This document shows, one piece after another, positions 34,370 through 48,690 of a DNA stretch of 64,000 nucleotides. The first letter of the stretch is position 1; each line of letters starts with the position of its first letter. A program made the translations under genes and the position numbers. Origin of the DNA: the human T2T-CHM13v2.0 reference genome, Homo sapiens; assembly GCF_009914755.1 (NCBI RefSeq), contig NC_060947.1; one strand, written 5' to 3'. The notes beneath the pieces are model-generated. The model was not told the DNA's origin. It was given only the letters and a program-made list of their open reading frames with translations, and searched no databases.

Positions 34370-34668
<299 letters not shown>

Positions 34669-34932
34669 TGTCCCTGCCTTCAAGAAGCTCATCAAGAGCG
34701 TATTTAAAAAGCATACGAAAGACAGGCACCCTCTTTCCCGTTCTCCCCCATCCTGTTCTTCCCGTCCGGTCCTCTGCCCTCAGTCATTCGCGGGAGCGCA
34801 ACCAGCGATCCCGCCCCAGTCCGGCTGCCAAGCCTGGGGCCTGTCCCCCTACAGGGCCGATCCGGAGGCGGGGCCCGGCCGCCCGCGGACCCTCCCTCCC
34901 GGCCTTCCGCCACCGGCGCGGGCGCAACTCAC

Positions 34933-34960
34933 CGGGCATCAGCTCTTCCGGCTCCCTCAT
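34933..34960 (-). CDS. RPGR: RPGR exon 1 coding part (MREPEELMP, 28 nt)
   Basis: Minus strand GGC ATG AGG GAG CCG GAA GAG CTG ATG CCC G|GTGAGT inside a CpG island; matches the known RPGR N-terminus. Confidence 0.98.
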
Positions 34961-35257
34961 GCCACGGGCAGTACGGGCAGCCTGCGCCGGGGCCAGGAGG
35001 CTGTAGAGGACGGTTTGGTCGGGGCTAAAGCAGCTACTCCGCACCGACGCGGGCCGCGAAAGCCCCCAAGTTCCGCATGGCGAAACTCCGGAGATCAACT
35101 ACAACCGCGCTCCCGGAAGTCAACAAACAGCCGCTACGGGCAACGGGGGCGGAGCTTGGGAATGCAAGGCGGGACAGGCGCCGTTGGGGAGGGGAACGGA
35201 GGCCGGGTGGCTGGTAAGGGGCAGGCTCAGGCACAGCGGAGGGGCAGTAGAGACCAC

Positions 35258-35273
35258 GCGCCCTCTGGCGGCC
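35258..35273 (-). promoter_or_regulatory. CTCF core motif
   Basis: Minus strand GGCCGCCAGAGGGCGC fits the CCRCCAGRGGGCGC consensus. Confidence 0.75.
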
Positions 35274-37033
35274 TGGAGCAGAGAGGCGGCCACGCCGCGC
35301 AGTGATGCTGTGGAGTCCGCGCCCTTGTGCCGTTGGAGGTCCAGGCGCCGCAGGGACCCTGCCCATGAGTGGCAAACGTCACAAATCCCATACTCCGTGA
35401 CATAAGCAAGCATCGACACACAATTATGACACTACTAGTAATAGTGACCAGCTGGAACATTAAAGGAGGTAAGCACTCTGCTAAAGATATCCCCAGCATC
35501 TAAACCAACATCTGGCCTATACTGAATGCTCATTACGTATTTATTGGACAAATGAGTACTATTACAACCCTGTAAAGTGGTTAATGTTACCTCTGTTTAA
35601 GCATGTGGGCAGCTAGTCCAGCTAGTCCAGCCTGTAGTCAACAAAAGTAAAAGCTGAGGTGTATATGGTCCACTACTCACAGAACATACACAAAGGGGTA
35701 GCCCAACATCATTGCTCTAGAATTTGCTCAGCGATGTTATATGATGCAGGGTTTCCCATGCATCAACATTTGGCTATCATGAAATAAAGAAGCAAAAAGC
35801 CATCTTCCAGAATGAGCAGATTTACGTACGTTTGGTAGTTGTGGACATGGGCCCTAGAATCAGACACAATTGGATTCAGGGATCCCTGAATTACTCTTGT
35901 GTGTTACCAACACTTTCTCAGGAAGTTTGCATTAACATGAAGAGGGGACATTAAACTATTAGTTACACAAATAATCATTTACTTACAAAGCAAAGTGGAG
36001 GTTACTAAGGAAGTGGTTAACAAGAAGCGTTGACCTGGTGTAGGAGGTTAAGAAAGGCTTATCTGAAGAAAGAACATTAAATCTAAGAACTGGAGAAAGA
36101 TAAGCCAGGAGGGGGAGAGAGCTCTTGGCAGAGAGTAAATTGTGTATAAAGGTTTGTAAGGAGCTTGACTCTTTCCAGGAACACCAAGAGGCGAGGCTGG
36201 TTCCTAGCGAGGTGGCAAGGTCTTGGGCCTATTAAGGATCTGAGATTTTATCCTAAAGACAATGTGAAACCACTGAGAAGTTTTAGGCAGTAGAACAACA
36301 GGACAGGATCAGTTATGTGTGTCCCTGAAATCATTCTGCCTGGTCTAGATGCTTTGTAGAGAATAAACTGGAGCAGTGAGAAGGGTTCAGAGGCTATTGC
36401 AGAATTTCAGACATGTGGTCAGGATGGCTTGGAGTACAGTTCATTGGTGCCAGAGAGGAGCAGGCAGATTTGAAAATATTTTAGGTCTTAGAATCAACAG
36501 GAAATGGTTTCTGACTATTGACTCCTAGACAGTGCTGGACTACCAAATAGTTCTTAGAGCAACAGCAAAGATAGGGCCCTAAATTATTTTGAAAAGGATT
36601 TGATATTCATTTTTAGAGTATCATAATTGTTACTACGGGCAAATGAGAATTTTTAAAGATTTACTTTTTAATATGCAGTCATTTGTTTTTATTTCAAAAT
36701 ACAGTAAGGCACATTTTGGTGCTAAGCATCCCAGAAGATATTGATGCAGCCCTACTCCAAGGTTTCCAACATAAGCAAATAGCAGGAGGGGGGCACCATT
36801 TACTGAGATGGGGAACACTGAGGAAAGAGCTGGCGACATTGGAGTTAGGTAAATGGGGCAAGAAGAGCATAATGAGTTCATCCTTGAGCACACTAAGACA
36901 TCAAATTGGAGGTGCTGAGCAGGTAATTGGTGAGCAGAAGCCCCAGAAGGAGGCACGTATTTGAGGAATGACTGGGTCTATATAGTGAAAGCAGGCTTGA
37001 GATACTTGCAACACTGGAAAGTGACTGTAGAAT

Positions 37034-37549
37034 TGAGGCAGTAGAATAGGGTCGGGAGGCAGGAAAGCTAAGGCCAATTCATGCTGACTTCCTAGAACTA
37101 AATCAAAAGGAAACCCCAACTTTCCATACCTAAGTAACAAAAGAACCAGAGGCTACTCCCTTTGCAACCCCCACCCCCTTTTTCTGCGTGGCAGACGGAA
37201 AATTGAAAGTATCTCTGATTAGTTGCTTTTTGCAACCAATCAGACATTTGCATGGGAGTGTAACTTTGTAACTTCACTTTAGCCTCTGATTGGTTGCTTT
37301 CCACAACCAATCAGATGTTTGAATAGGGTGTAACCTTTGTAAGTACACTTCAGCCTCTGATTGGTTGCAAGGCCACTAGTTCATTTACATAGTAACCAAT
37401 GGGAAATATACCAATGGTTACTTGGGAATGGCACCAAGTAACCAGTGGGAAACCTCTAGAGGGTAATAAAATCCCAGAAAATTCTGTAAAGGGGCTCTTG
37501 AGCCCCTGTGCTAGGGCCTGCTCCCACCCTGTACTTTAGTTTTCAATAA
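37034..37549 (+). mobile_element. MER51-family ERV1 LTR, 3'-truncated
   Basis: tgaggcagtagaatagggtcgggaggcagg...gctgacttcctagaactaaatcaaaagg; repeated CCAAT/ATTGG units; octamer ATTTGCAT 37246-37253. Confidence 0.8.
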
Positions 37550-37559
37550 TGCCATCATC

Positions 37560-38025
37560 TCCGGCATCTGTGAGTCTATTGCTTTACATGGCAAAAGGGA
37601 CTTTGCAGTTGTGAGATGCTGGATTCAGGACCTTGAGATGGAGAAATTATTCTAGATTAACCAGGTAAGCCCAATTAAATCCTATGAAATCTTAAAAGTG
37701 AAGAGCCTTTCCAGGCTGTGGTCACAAAAAGATGTGAAGATGCAGGAGTGGTCAGAGAGATACAACAGCGCTGGCTGTGAAGATGAAGGTAAGGGCCATG
37801 AGCGGAGGAATGCAAGCAGCCTCTGAAAGCCGGGAAAGGCAAGGAAGTGGATGCTCCCCAAGAGTCTCCAGAAGGGAATGCAACTCTACTGACACCTTGA
37901 TTTTAGTCCAGTGAGACCCGTTTCACACTTCAGAACTACAATAGTGTACGATAATAAATGGGTATTGTTTAAGCCACCACCAAGTTGATGGTAATTTGTG
38001 ACAACAGCAAGAGAAAACTAGCACA
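37560..38025 (+). mobile_element. MLT1C/D MaLR LTR
   Basis: ttacatggcaaaagggactttgcag...gacaccttgattttagtccagtgagaccc...gaaaactagcaca. Confidence 0.8.
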
Positions 38026-38775
38026 CCATAGTTGATCTCATCAAATCTTCACAGGAACCCTAAATGAAGTACTAACTTCAGTCTCATTTTTGGGAAGAAG
38101 AATCTGAGGTTGAGATCACATAATTTTGCAAGGTCCCATATTTATCAAGTGGTAGATGCAGGATTGAACCGTCAGTTCCAGAGCCACATTTGTACTGCAA
38201 ATTCACATGAGCTCTACAGTATGAAAGTGTGTGGACCCTTGAGGGTCCCCTACAAGTCCATGCAGCAATGCACACACATCTTCAAGGATGCTCTTGCCTC
38301 CTCCAAAGAGCCCCCTAGCAATCTCTGCTTCATCATCATTCAATTCTGAGGCTGTGTTGTGTTTTTTTGGGAGCCCTCTCCAAATTTGCAATGAGGCCAC
38401 ATGACCCCTTCATGCATCAAGGACGTTCACATGCCTCATCACAGCACTTATTATACAGTGTGATGTGATTTTGTGGCTGTCTTTCCACTAGACTGAGTTC
38501 TTTCATTTCCTGCATTGCAAGCACTACCTCTCTTTGGCCAGAACATAGCACTATGTCTGGTACATAGCTTACTAAAATGCAAGTTCTATGAGGGCAGGGA
38601 GGTTTGTCCATTGTTGTACTCCAGTGCCAGACTATTACCTGGCCCATAATAGCTACACAATAAATATCTGTTGAATGGCAGAATTAATGAATAGCAAGTT
38701 CTCAAATACGCAGAGGCTGAGGGTCAATAAACCTATAAAAATAATAATTTAAGCCAGGAGGAGGTGTCATCCTGA

Positions 38776-39474
<699 letters not shown>

Positions 39475-39521
39475 ATCTATACTATTGATATATATGATCC
39501 AGAGCTATATAATATATATCG

Positions 39522-40053
39522 CAACCCCAGGCCACGAATTTGTACTGGTTCATGGCCTGTTAGGAACAGGGCTGCAGAGCAAGTGAAACTTCATCTGTAT
39601 ATACAGTCACTCCCCACCACCCAAGCTCCACCCCCTGTCAGATCAGTGGCAGCATTAGATTCTTGTAGGAGTGTGAACCCTGTTGTGAACTGCACATGGG
39701 AGGGATCTAGATTGTGTGCTCTTTGTGATAATCTAATGCCTGATGATCTGTCATTGTTTCCCATCACCCCCAGATGGGAACCCTCTAGTTGCAGGAAAAC
39801 AAGCTCAGGGCTCCCACTGATTCTACACTATGTTGTATATTTGTATATAACATAATGTATACCAACATAAATTTGTATATTTAGTTATATATTACAATGT
39901 AATAATAATAGAAATAAAGTGCACAATGAATGTAATGTGCTTGAATCATCCCAAAAACATCCCCACCCTTCCCCTCACCCCCCATCCCCTGTCAGTGGAA
40001 AACTTGTCTTCCACAAAACTGGTCTCTGGTGTCAAAAAGGTTGTGGACCACTG
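39522..40053. mobile_element. MER1A hAT element
   Basis: ggcctgttaggaac...gcaggaaaacaagctcagggctcccactgattc...aaaaggttgtggaccactg; ~530 bp. Confidence 0.8.
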
Positions 40054-40093
40054 ATATATATGATGTGTATATATAGCTATGCTGTAGCCCTAG

Positions 40094-40128
<35 letters not shown>

Positions 40129-40264
40129 TATAACATAATACTATAGTCTATTCCAGAAGGTGGTTGTGAAATATTAGGTAATGCATGCAAAACTTATAGC
40201 TTGGTGCCTGGAATAGTGGAGCACTCAACAGTGTTAGCTATTAATAAGGCAAAGGCAGCTCACT

Positions 40265-40985
<721 letters not shown>

Positions 40986-42356
40986 ATCCCTGCAGTCAGA
41001 TGGTTTAAGCCTGTGGAGCCACCTCCCTCATGTTGGAGAAGGCAGGTATAATTTTATATCTCTCAACAGTCACGCATGCTTTCGGTGTCGCCTTCATACA
41101 CAGCCAAATATTCCTCTGCTCCTTAGGAAATCATGTTGATACACAGAAGCCATGACACGTCTGACAACGTGCACAAGTCTTAGCAGTTGCCTCTATTAAT
41201 TCAAGTTGTTATTCATTTCTGGAGCATTGTATGTCAACTAGAAATAGAGGCATGTATGAACAAGGAAGACGTTTGATGGATTATGCTTCCTAGCTGTATT
41301 TGTTTCTTTCTCGACAGCATTCAACAAAACGTCCAAGGCTTGCAATTTTAAGTAGCATTACAATGCAGCTGCCATCGCTGTTTGTTTCTCTATATGGAAT
41401 CAGATAAACAGGTGTGTCTCTACAAACTCCGCTGGGAAATCCCATAAGCATATACATTTACAAAACAGATTCTAATTACTTCTTTGATTTCTAAACTTTT
41501 TTAGTGCAGTTCTAGGATATATGATTTGAGGACTCATAGGTCCAAAGCCAGGGAGTTTTATTCATGAACAAGAAACAGAAGGCAGGTACAGTCTACTGCA
41601 CATTTTATTACGCCAGAGAAGAAATTTTGCACTTTCCTTCCTCAGGGTAGAGTTTCAAAAGAAGAATTTTGAGGTGTCTGTGACAGCAGTTGTATGAATA
41701 GGTAATGTCCTGAATGACTACTTTGAAGGATCATGTACTATGATGATAATGGCTTAGGTTAATATCTCTTATTACTGCTAGATATTGTTCTAAGCACTCT
41801 ATGTATTAACTCTTTAAATTCCCGTATTACAGAAGAGAAAAAGTTAAGTTGCCCATGGTCTCTCAGCGAAAACATGGTGGGGGCTGGGATTTGAACACAG
41901 GAAGCCTGGTTCCAGAATCTATGTTCCTAGTAACTACACTCTACTGCTTCTTGAAAGAGCACAGAACAGCAGTCTTCAGACTTTTTAGCTTACACATCTT
42001 CATTTATAATCAACCAAAAGCCAGAAGACATGAGAGCTCATTAATGTAGCCCATGCAAGTCAGCTTTCCTGGGTAGATATCTAGCACTAGAGGCGATCAG
42101 CTGGTGCACAGACTCAAGTCAGAAGATTGAGGAATGAGGCTGAGAAAAAAAGCCAGAGATCAAGGAAGATTACTCAGCAGAAGCAATACATGTGTATTTA
42201 TATATTTGTATGCATGTGCTACTGTACTACTATATTGTGTATATTGTAAAGCATACACAAAAAACAAAAGATTTTAAAGGGTGAGATAAACATAATTAAA
42301 AGTTATATTATTTGTTTTGTTCCACCAAGATGGATTGTCTTGAGCATTCCCTAGGG

Positions 42357-42717
42357 CAGGGGTCCCCAACCCCTGGGGCTGCAGACCTCTACCGGTCTGG
42401 TCCATGGTCTCTTAGAAACCGGGCCACACGGCAGGAGGTGAGCAGCGGTAGAGCATTACCGCCTGAGCTTCACCTCCTGTCAGATGAATGAAGGCATTAG
42501 ACTCTCATAGGAGCACAAACCCCATAGTGAACTGTGCATGTGAGGGATCTGGGTTGCCCGTTCGTTATGAGACTCTAACTAATGCTTGATGATCTGAGGT
42601 GGAACAGCTTCATCCCAAAACCAGCCCCATCCTCCCAACATTCCCCACCCTCTGGTCCATGGAAAAATTGTATTCCAGGAAACTGATCCCTGGTGCCAAA
42701 AAGGCTGGGGGCCACTG
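42357..42717. mobile_element. MER1B hAT element with perfect 8-bp TSD ccctaggg
   Basis: caggggtccccaacc...gggggccactg; TSD at 42349-42356 and 42718-42725. Confidence 0.88.
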
Positions 42718-45700
42718 CCCTAGGGGACATGCACCCCAGTTTAGAGAATAGGCTTGGGATAGCACAGTTTTGACTACAGGCTTTATCACTTACTACTTTA
42801 GTAATCTGGGCAAGCTGCTTACTCTCTGTCTCTGATTCTTCTTCTGGTAAATCAGGATAACACCTCCTAATTTGCAGGATTGTTGTGTGGTTTAAATGAT
42901 ATGATGTGTACAAAACCTGCAGTGTCTGGTTTTCAGCAAGCTCTTTACTTATTACTTATTTTCTCCCAGAGTTTTAATTCCTATTATTTGTGTTTCATGG
43001 GCTGTGTTTTTAAAATTTCATTGCTTCCTACCCACTCCTGTAATTAAGCTGCAGGCAGCCCTGCAGTTAGACATGGTGCATCTAGATGGAGCCAGATTAA
43101 TAGCTTTTTCATGCTGCATTATTGCAAATATGGCACAGCTGTGTCTCTGACAGAAAAAATTGAGGAGGAGACATCTGGAAAAACCTATGTGCATTTTACT
43201 TTGTGCAAAGCACTATAGGAATTGGGAGGGAGGAAGAAAGGGAGGACTAACTGACTGTCAGACACTTAAAAATGAATGGCCCAACTGTTCAGCAATTGTA
43301 TATCTGTGAACAGAAGCTCCCTTTTACATCAGCTGTTAGTCACTGCCCTTTGTGATTGGGAATCAGGCTTGAAAATTCTGAGTGTATTTTGAGCCATTTT
43401 TATCTATGCCTTTCTGTGGGCGACTTTTTCCTAACAGGGTCCCTTGAAAAAATTCAGTCTCATTTACTACCATTCACTAAAAATTTCACCTTTGATCCCA
43501 ACTCTGAGTTTTTTTTTTCCTTCTTTAACCCCCTTTTAGAGTGTTAAGTCTGTTGGGTTTCTTTGGCACAAAGTTAACCAGAAAAGAAATGTCCTTGAAG
43601 GCATATCAACCAGGTTTCCAACTAACAGATTACACCCTCTTGTTAGGATAATTTGAGAAGGATTTATTTATAAAAGAACTAATTTTGAGGGGTTGGAAGG
43701 AGATTGGGGCAACCATGAGGCATTGTGCAGAAGATCCAGGGATAACAGCATTAGACCTGTTACTATTCTTTGGCCCAAAGAGAGAAAGGAATGGAGAGTT
43801 TATTAGAACTTGGAAGGAAAGAGAGTTGTGTAGAGCAGTATATCTTGAGAGAAACAGTGAATTTCTATTAAGGAGCAAGCCAACCCAAGATGTCCTTACA
43901 GAAAGGGGAGAATAAAAATTCTGACTTTACTCTACTCCCTCCCTCCATTCTCCTGCTGTGATTTCATTGGCCAAACCCAACCAGAAGCTAGAAGATATGA
44001 GAGCTCATTGATGTAGCCATGCAAATGAGCTTTCAAATCAGCTTTCATACATAGGTATCTAGTATTTGAGGCTGTCAGCTGGTGCACACAATCAGTGGGA
44101 AATGAAGCTCAAAAATAAAAAAAATAAAAATAAAAAAAAGAGAGAGATCAAGAAAAGCTACCCAGCAGGAGCAATCTGGCTAGGACACCACTGCTGGATG
44201 CAGGTACCGCTTTCACCATACTTTTAATTTTATTGTCCCTTTATTTTTCAGTCATAGTCTCCAGAGCAAAGTCCTAGGTGGGAGTATTCAATTGGCCGAG
44301 GCTAGTTCACCTGCCCGCACCCTGTTTGCCAAGGGGTGGGAAGAAAGAATATTGCTTGCCTTTGCCCTCCCTGGTAGGAATTGCACTTCTGCTTTTTTTC
44401 AAGACTCACACAATTAGAGATTTGTAGATATTAAGAAACAGCTCAGAAACAAGGTAGTTCTCTCTCCTCTAAAAAAAGATCAGTCTCCACTAACAGTGAC
44501 CTCCTAAATCTTTATTAATCTGCAACAGGAAACTAGCAGACAAGAGTACAGAGATCTGTGTTTTTATTTCCAGTTCTCTATCTTTTCTCCCTCATTTCCT
44601 TCCTTCCTCCATTTCCTGATCGTTGGAAAGCCCCTTTATCTCTCCAGATCTTTGTATGAGAGAGCAGCATTAAGATCACCAAATCTAGTTGTAAGTTCAA
44701 ATGCTGGGCCGTCAAAAAAACACATACAGGCCCACCAAATAGCATGCCTTAGTCAACATTTTCCTGGTAGAAACCTCTTGGTTTGTTGATACCTAACCTT
44801 CATTGAAGATGCATGTCTCTCAATACAATGTTGTGTTTTCCTTGGCTGCTCTTTATGTAGGAAACATTTATATTGTATTTATATCCTTAAAATGCAATGT
44901 AACATTTTTTAACAGAGTAAAAGATGAGACACACATAAGAGACTCCTCTGCACTGTGTGCCTTCTGATATGCATTCACAAGGGACAACAAATATTCTCAC
45001 TCTCTGAAAAGTCCATCTACATTTTTCTCCAAATTTCCTTGCCTCCAGTCTCTAATCTTGTTCCTTCCATGTCCCTAAATATCTGGCCAAACCATTAACC
45101 CCTGATCATGATTTGGTATAGGTCTATGCCTCTGGTCTTCTCTCCCTCCACGTAAAATGCAGTGAGAGGCACTGCTTGAAGGTTTGCTCACTGGGAGCGT
45201 TTGCCGTATTCACCGCTTGGATTCGGTATAGATGCTCGACCTACAGTGAATCTTGAATTGTTGGATCCAGACCAATCTATAATTACATTTCTCAACCTTC
45301 ATCAATCATCCTTACACTCTATTCCCATACACAATTCCCTGAATTTTTTCCATTATAAACTAGAAATCTGGAAGCTCTTTGGCCTTGTCTGGCTTTTGAC
45401 TTTGTTATTGCTACCGTCCTCCAAGGGCCATGCTGAAATCTGACAATCTTGGGAAATGATAGAGAAGACAGGAGGATGATGAGAACTGGCTTTCTCTTGC
45501 AAGTAACTCCCTCAGGTTAAAAAAAAAAGCATCTTCAATCAAGGGAAGAACAGTTTCATCAGACAAAGCAAGAGAGATTTCTGAAGCTGGCAAAAGAGAT
45601 TTAATGAGAATTAAGGGTTTGGCATTCATGGGGTCTTCTAAATCCTCTCATGTATTTCCATGTCAATTTTCCAGCTTTCAATCTAACTCAGATAATGCCA

Positions 45701-46994
45701 CAATATCCACCTAAGAAACCTGTCAGGGCTGTGAGTACTACTGACATTGTAATTGATCAGCATGCAGGATCAAACCAAAGTCTGAATTTATCTTTGACCA
45801 TCTCAGATCTGCTGAGGCAAATGACTTTTTTCACCATTAAGCTATTTGTTATAAGAAATAGCCACCTCATCAGCTGTCATTGAACTCCTCATGCCCTTTA
45901 TACTATTCTTGAATCATACTCTCAATGGGCATTCCAGGTGACCATAGGCAACTGTTTAAGTTGTTTTGCAGCTGTGTTTCTAAAGTTCAGTTTACTGTCA
46001 GTCAACCAGTCCTGATTTTTAATTTTCCCTGAGAGTCAGTTGCCTGTGGCTTGTTTTGTGACACCGGTTTCTGAATCCGTCAGAGTTCTTGAGAAATAAA
46101 AAGGATTTAGTGGGATCACTTTAAGTTGACCAAATTGTTTCTTCTAAATAAATAATACATCCACACTTTGCCCCCTTCCTTTTTTTGTTTGTTTTTTGCA
46201 AACAAGATCAACCATGTTTATTTTTAAACAAGAGAAATTATAAACCAGGATATTCTTTGAAAAATTAGGTAGAAGGCAAAAAACCATCAGGGAATGCATA
46301 GAATTTACGGAAAGTCTAGAGAGAAATACTTGGGCAAAGGTGAGAAACTAGGGAAGAGAGGCAGCAGGAAATTGGGTTAGGATGTTGCTGCTGACTTTGC
46401 TGAAGTCCACAACCACTGCTGGACCTAAACACCATGGCAAGGCCTTGCTAGCCACGGGACACAGTCAGCATTATTGGTTGGTAAATCTCATCTCACTGCC
46501 TCTTTTACTTTAGTCCTTCAAGATCCAAAGCCCCAGGTGGGGAGCATTCCAGACTGGATCATGTGCCCATGACCTGGCTTAGCAGCGGGTGGAGAAAGGG
46601 AGTAATACTTTACACTAAGACTCACACAAGGGGAACTAGTTGGGGGGTGGGTTCGGATGCCAGGCAATGAAAACTTATTTTGTCTGAATCAGTAGTAGAA
46701 AGTGCTTTCATTAGGAGTCCAGAAGTTGTTTTCTATTTCTCACTTCAACACTTGCTTTCTTTCTGTTTCTCCCACCTTTACCTAATCTTAAGGAAATCAC
46801 TGTACCTTTCTGGTCCTCTGGAGGAGAGAGTTAAACTAAGATATTCAGGGCCCATCTGTATCTAATCCATCTATGTCTAATGCTCTGTCATCTTAGACCT
46901 CTCACAAATCTAGTAAGGAAGGTACTATGCTTACATGAGGAGTTTAATAAATGCATACATAGTCCAAGATCGTTCCCTTTATCTAAGTGGTAGC

Positions 46995-47158
46995 TTTTTT
47001 TAAATGCTTATTTTAGGTTCAGAGGTACATGTTCAGGTTTGTTATATGGGTAAACTCCTGTCACAGGGGTTCGTTGTACAAATTATTTCACCACCTAGGT
47101 ACTAAGCCTAGTACCCAATAGTTTTTTTTTTTTTTTTTGCTCCTCTCCCTCCTCCTAC
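46995..47158 (-). mobile_element. L1PA/L1PB 3' end, short truncated copy
   Basis: ggtacatgttcaggtttgttatatgggtaaac...ggtactaagcctagtacccaatag. Confidence 0.8.
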
Positions 47159-48341
47159 TAATGGGTAGTTTTAAATGATCATTTTGACCCAGTTTCTTAT
47201 TGAATATGAAACTTTTACATATGTTAGATTCTACATATTTATGGAATTCCCCTATAATAGTTGATATTAAAGCATTTTTACCTTACTTACCCTTTAACGT
47301 TTTATGTTTATTTTAATGGACCCCTCAGTAACCACTCCACCCCAGTCCACAAAAGTTAAAATGCATATAAAAATCAAGGTGAACCTTAGGGAGAATGGTG
47401 ATAAAGGAAGTTGATATTCTAGGAGACCTTAGGGTCTTATCAAGGTTGATGCATCAGTTTTACTTTACATTTCTTATCTATCTAATTATTTCACCAGTTT
47501 GATTAAATGAAGCTAAAATTGGTATTGATGAAAAGAGAAAGCACAATCAAAAAAGCAGATAAGCAAATAATTGAACGCAAATAACTTTTAATTATACTCA
47601 CTTAATAAAGTTAAGGAATAGTGTCAGGTGCCAACATCACTTTGTCAAATCAAAGGGCAGTGTTGGGATGAAAAAGAAGAAAATAGTACAGAATGTGTTG
47701 AAAATTGTGGTAAATTTCAAAATTGTGAAACACTATTGTATGAATTTGGTTGAAAATAACCCTGAATCCTAGGTCGAGAATATGTTCAGACCCTCCAATG
47801 AAAACCCCACTTTTTGCATCCCTCCACACATCTTATTACTTGTAGAATTCTACTAAAGTCCCCAAGCTTCCCCAGACCCAGAGAAATAAGTGGGTTTCCA
47901 GGAATGGCAGTTACATCTGGCAGGTTTAAAATGCTTTTCCACTTGAAATTATAATGGGAATATTAGCAAATAGCTTTAACTTTAAGTTGATCAAATAGTT
48001 TCTTCTAAACTAAAGAATACAGTCACAGTTTGCTCCCTTCATTGTTTTTTTGTTTTTTTTTTTTTGTTTTTTTTTTTTTTTGCAAACAAGATCAAGCATG
48101 TTTCTTTTTAAACAAGAGAAATTATAAACCAGGATATTCTTTTTAAAATTAGGTAGAAGGCAAAAATGCTTATTTCCTACCCCCCATAGTATTTAATTTT
48201 TTGGTAGAATAATAACATATGTAAAACATTATGAAACAAATAAGAAGAATCAAAGTTATAATATGCAGATAATATGGTTCTTTAAAGTAAAAGTAAGGCC
48301 TCCTTTGTGCCCTCTTAATGAACGTTCCATTATAAATCTAA

Positions 48342-48690
<349 letters not shown>

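Larger units (their letters stand above)
34780..35400. promoter_or_regulatory. CpG-island, TATA-less promoter of RPGR (possibly bidirectional)
   Basis: The only CpG-dense non-Alu stretch. ETS/GABP CCGGAAGT 35113-35120, X-box-like GCCGCTACGGGCAAC 35130-35144, GC box GGGGCGGAG ~35146-35154. Confidence 0.9.

Noticed and set aside
37215-37450. Repeat-spacer-like units (ctctgattggttgc...caaccaatcaga) and a small inverted repeat
   Set aside because: Internal CCAAT repeats of the MER51 LTR; not a CRISPR array.
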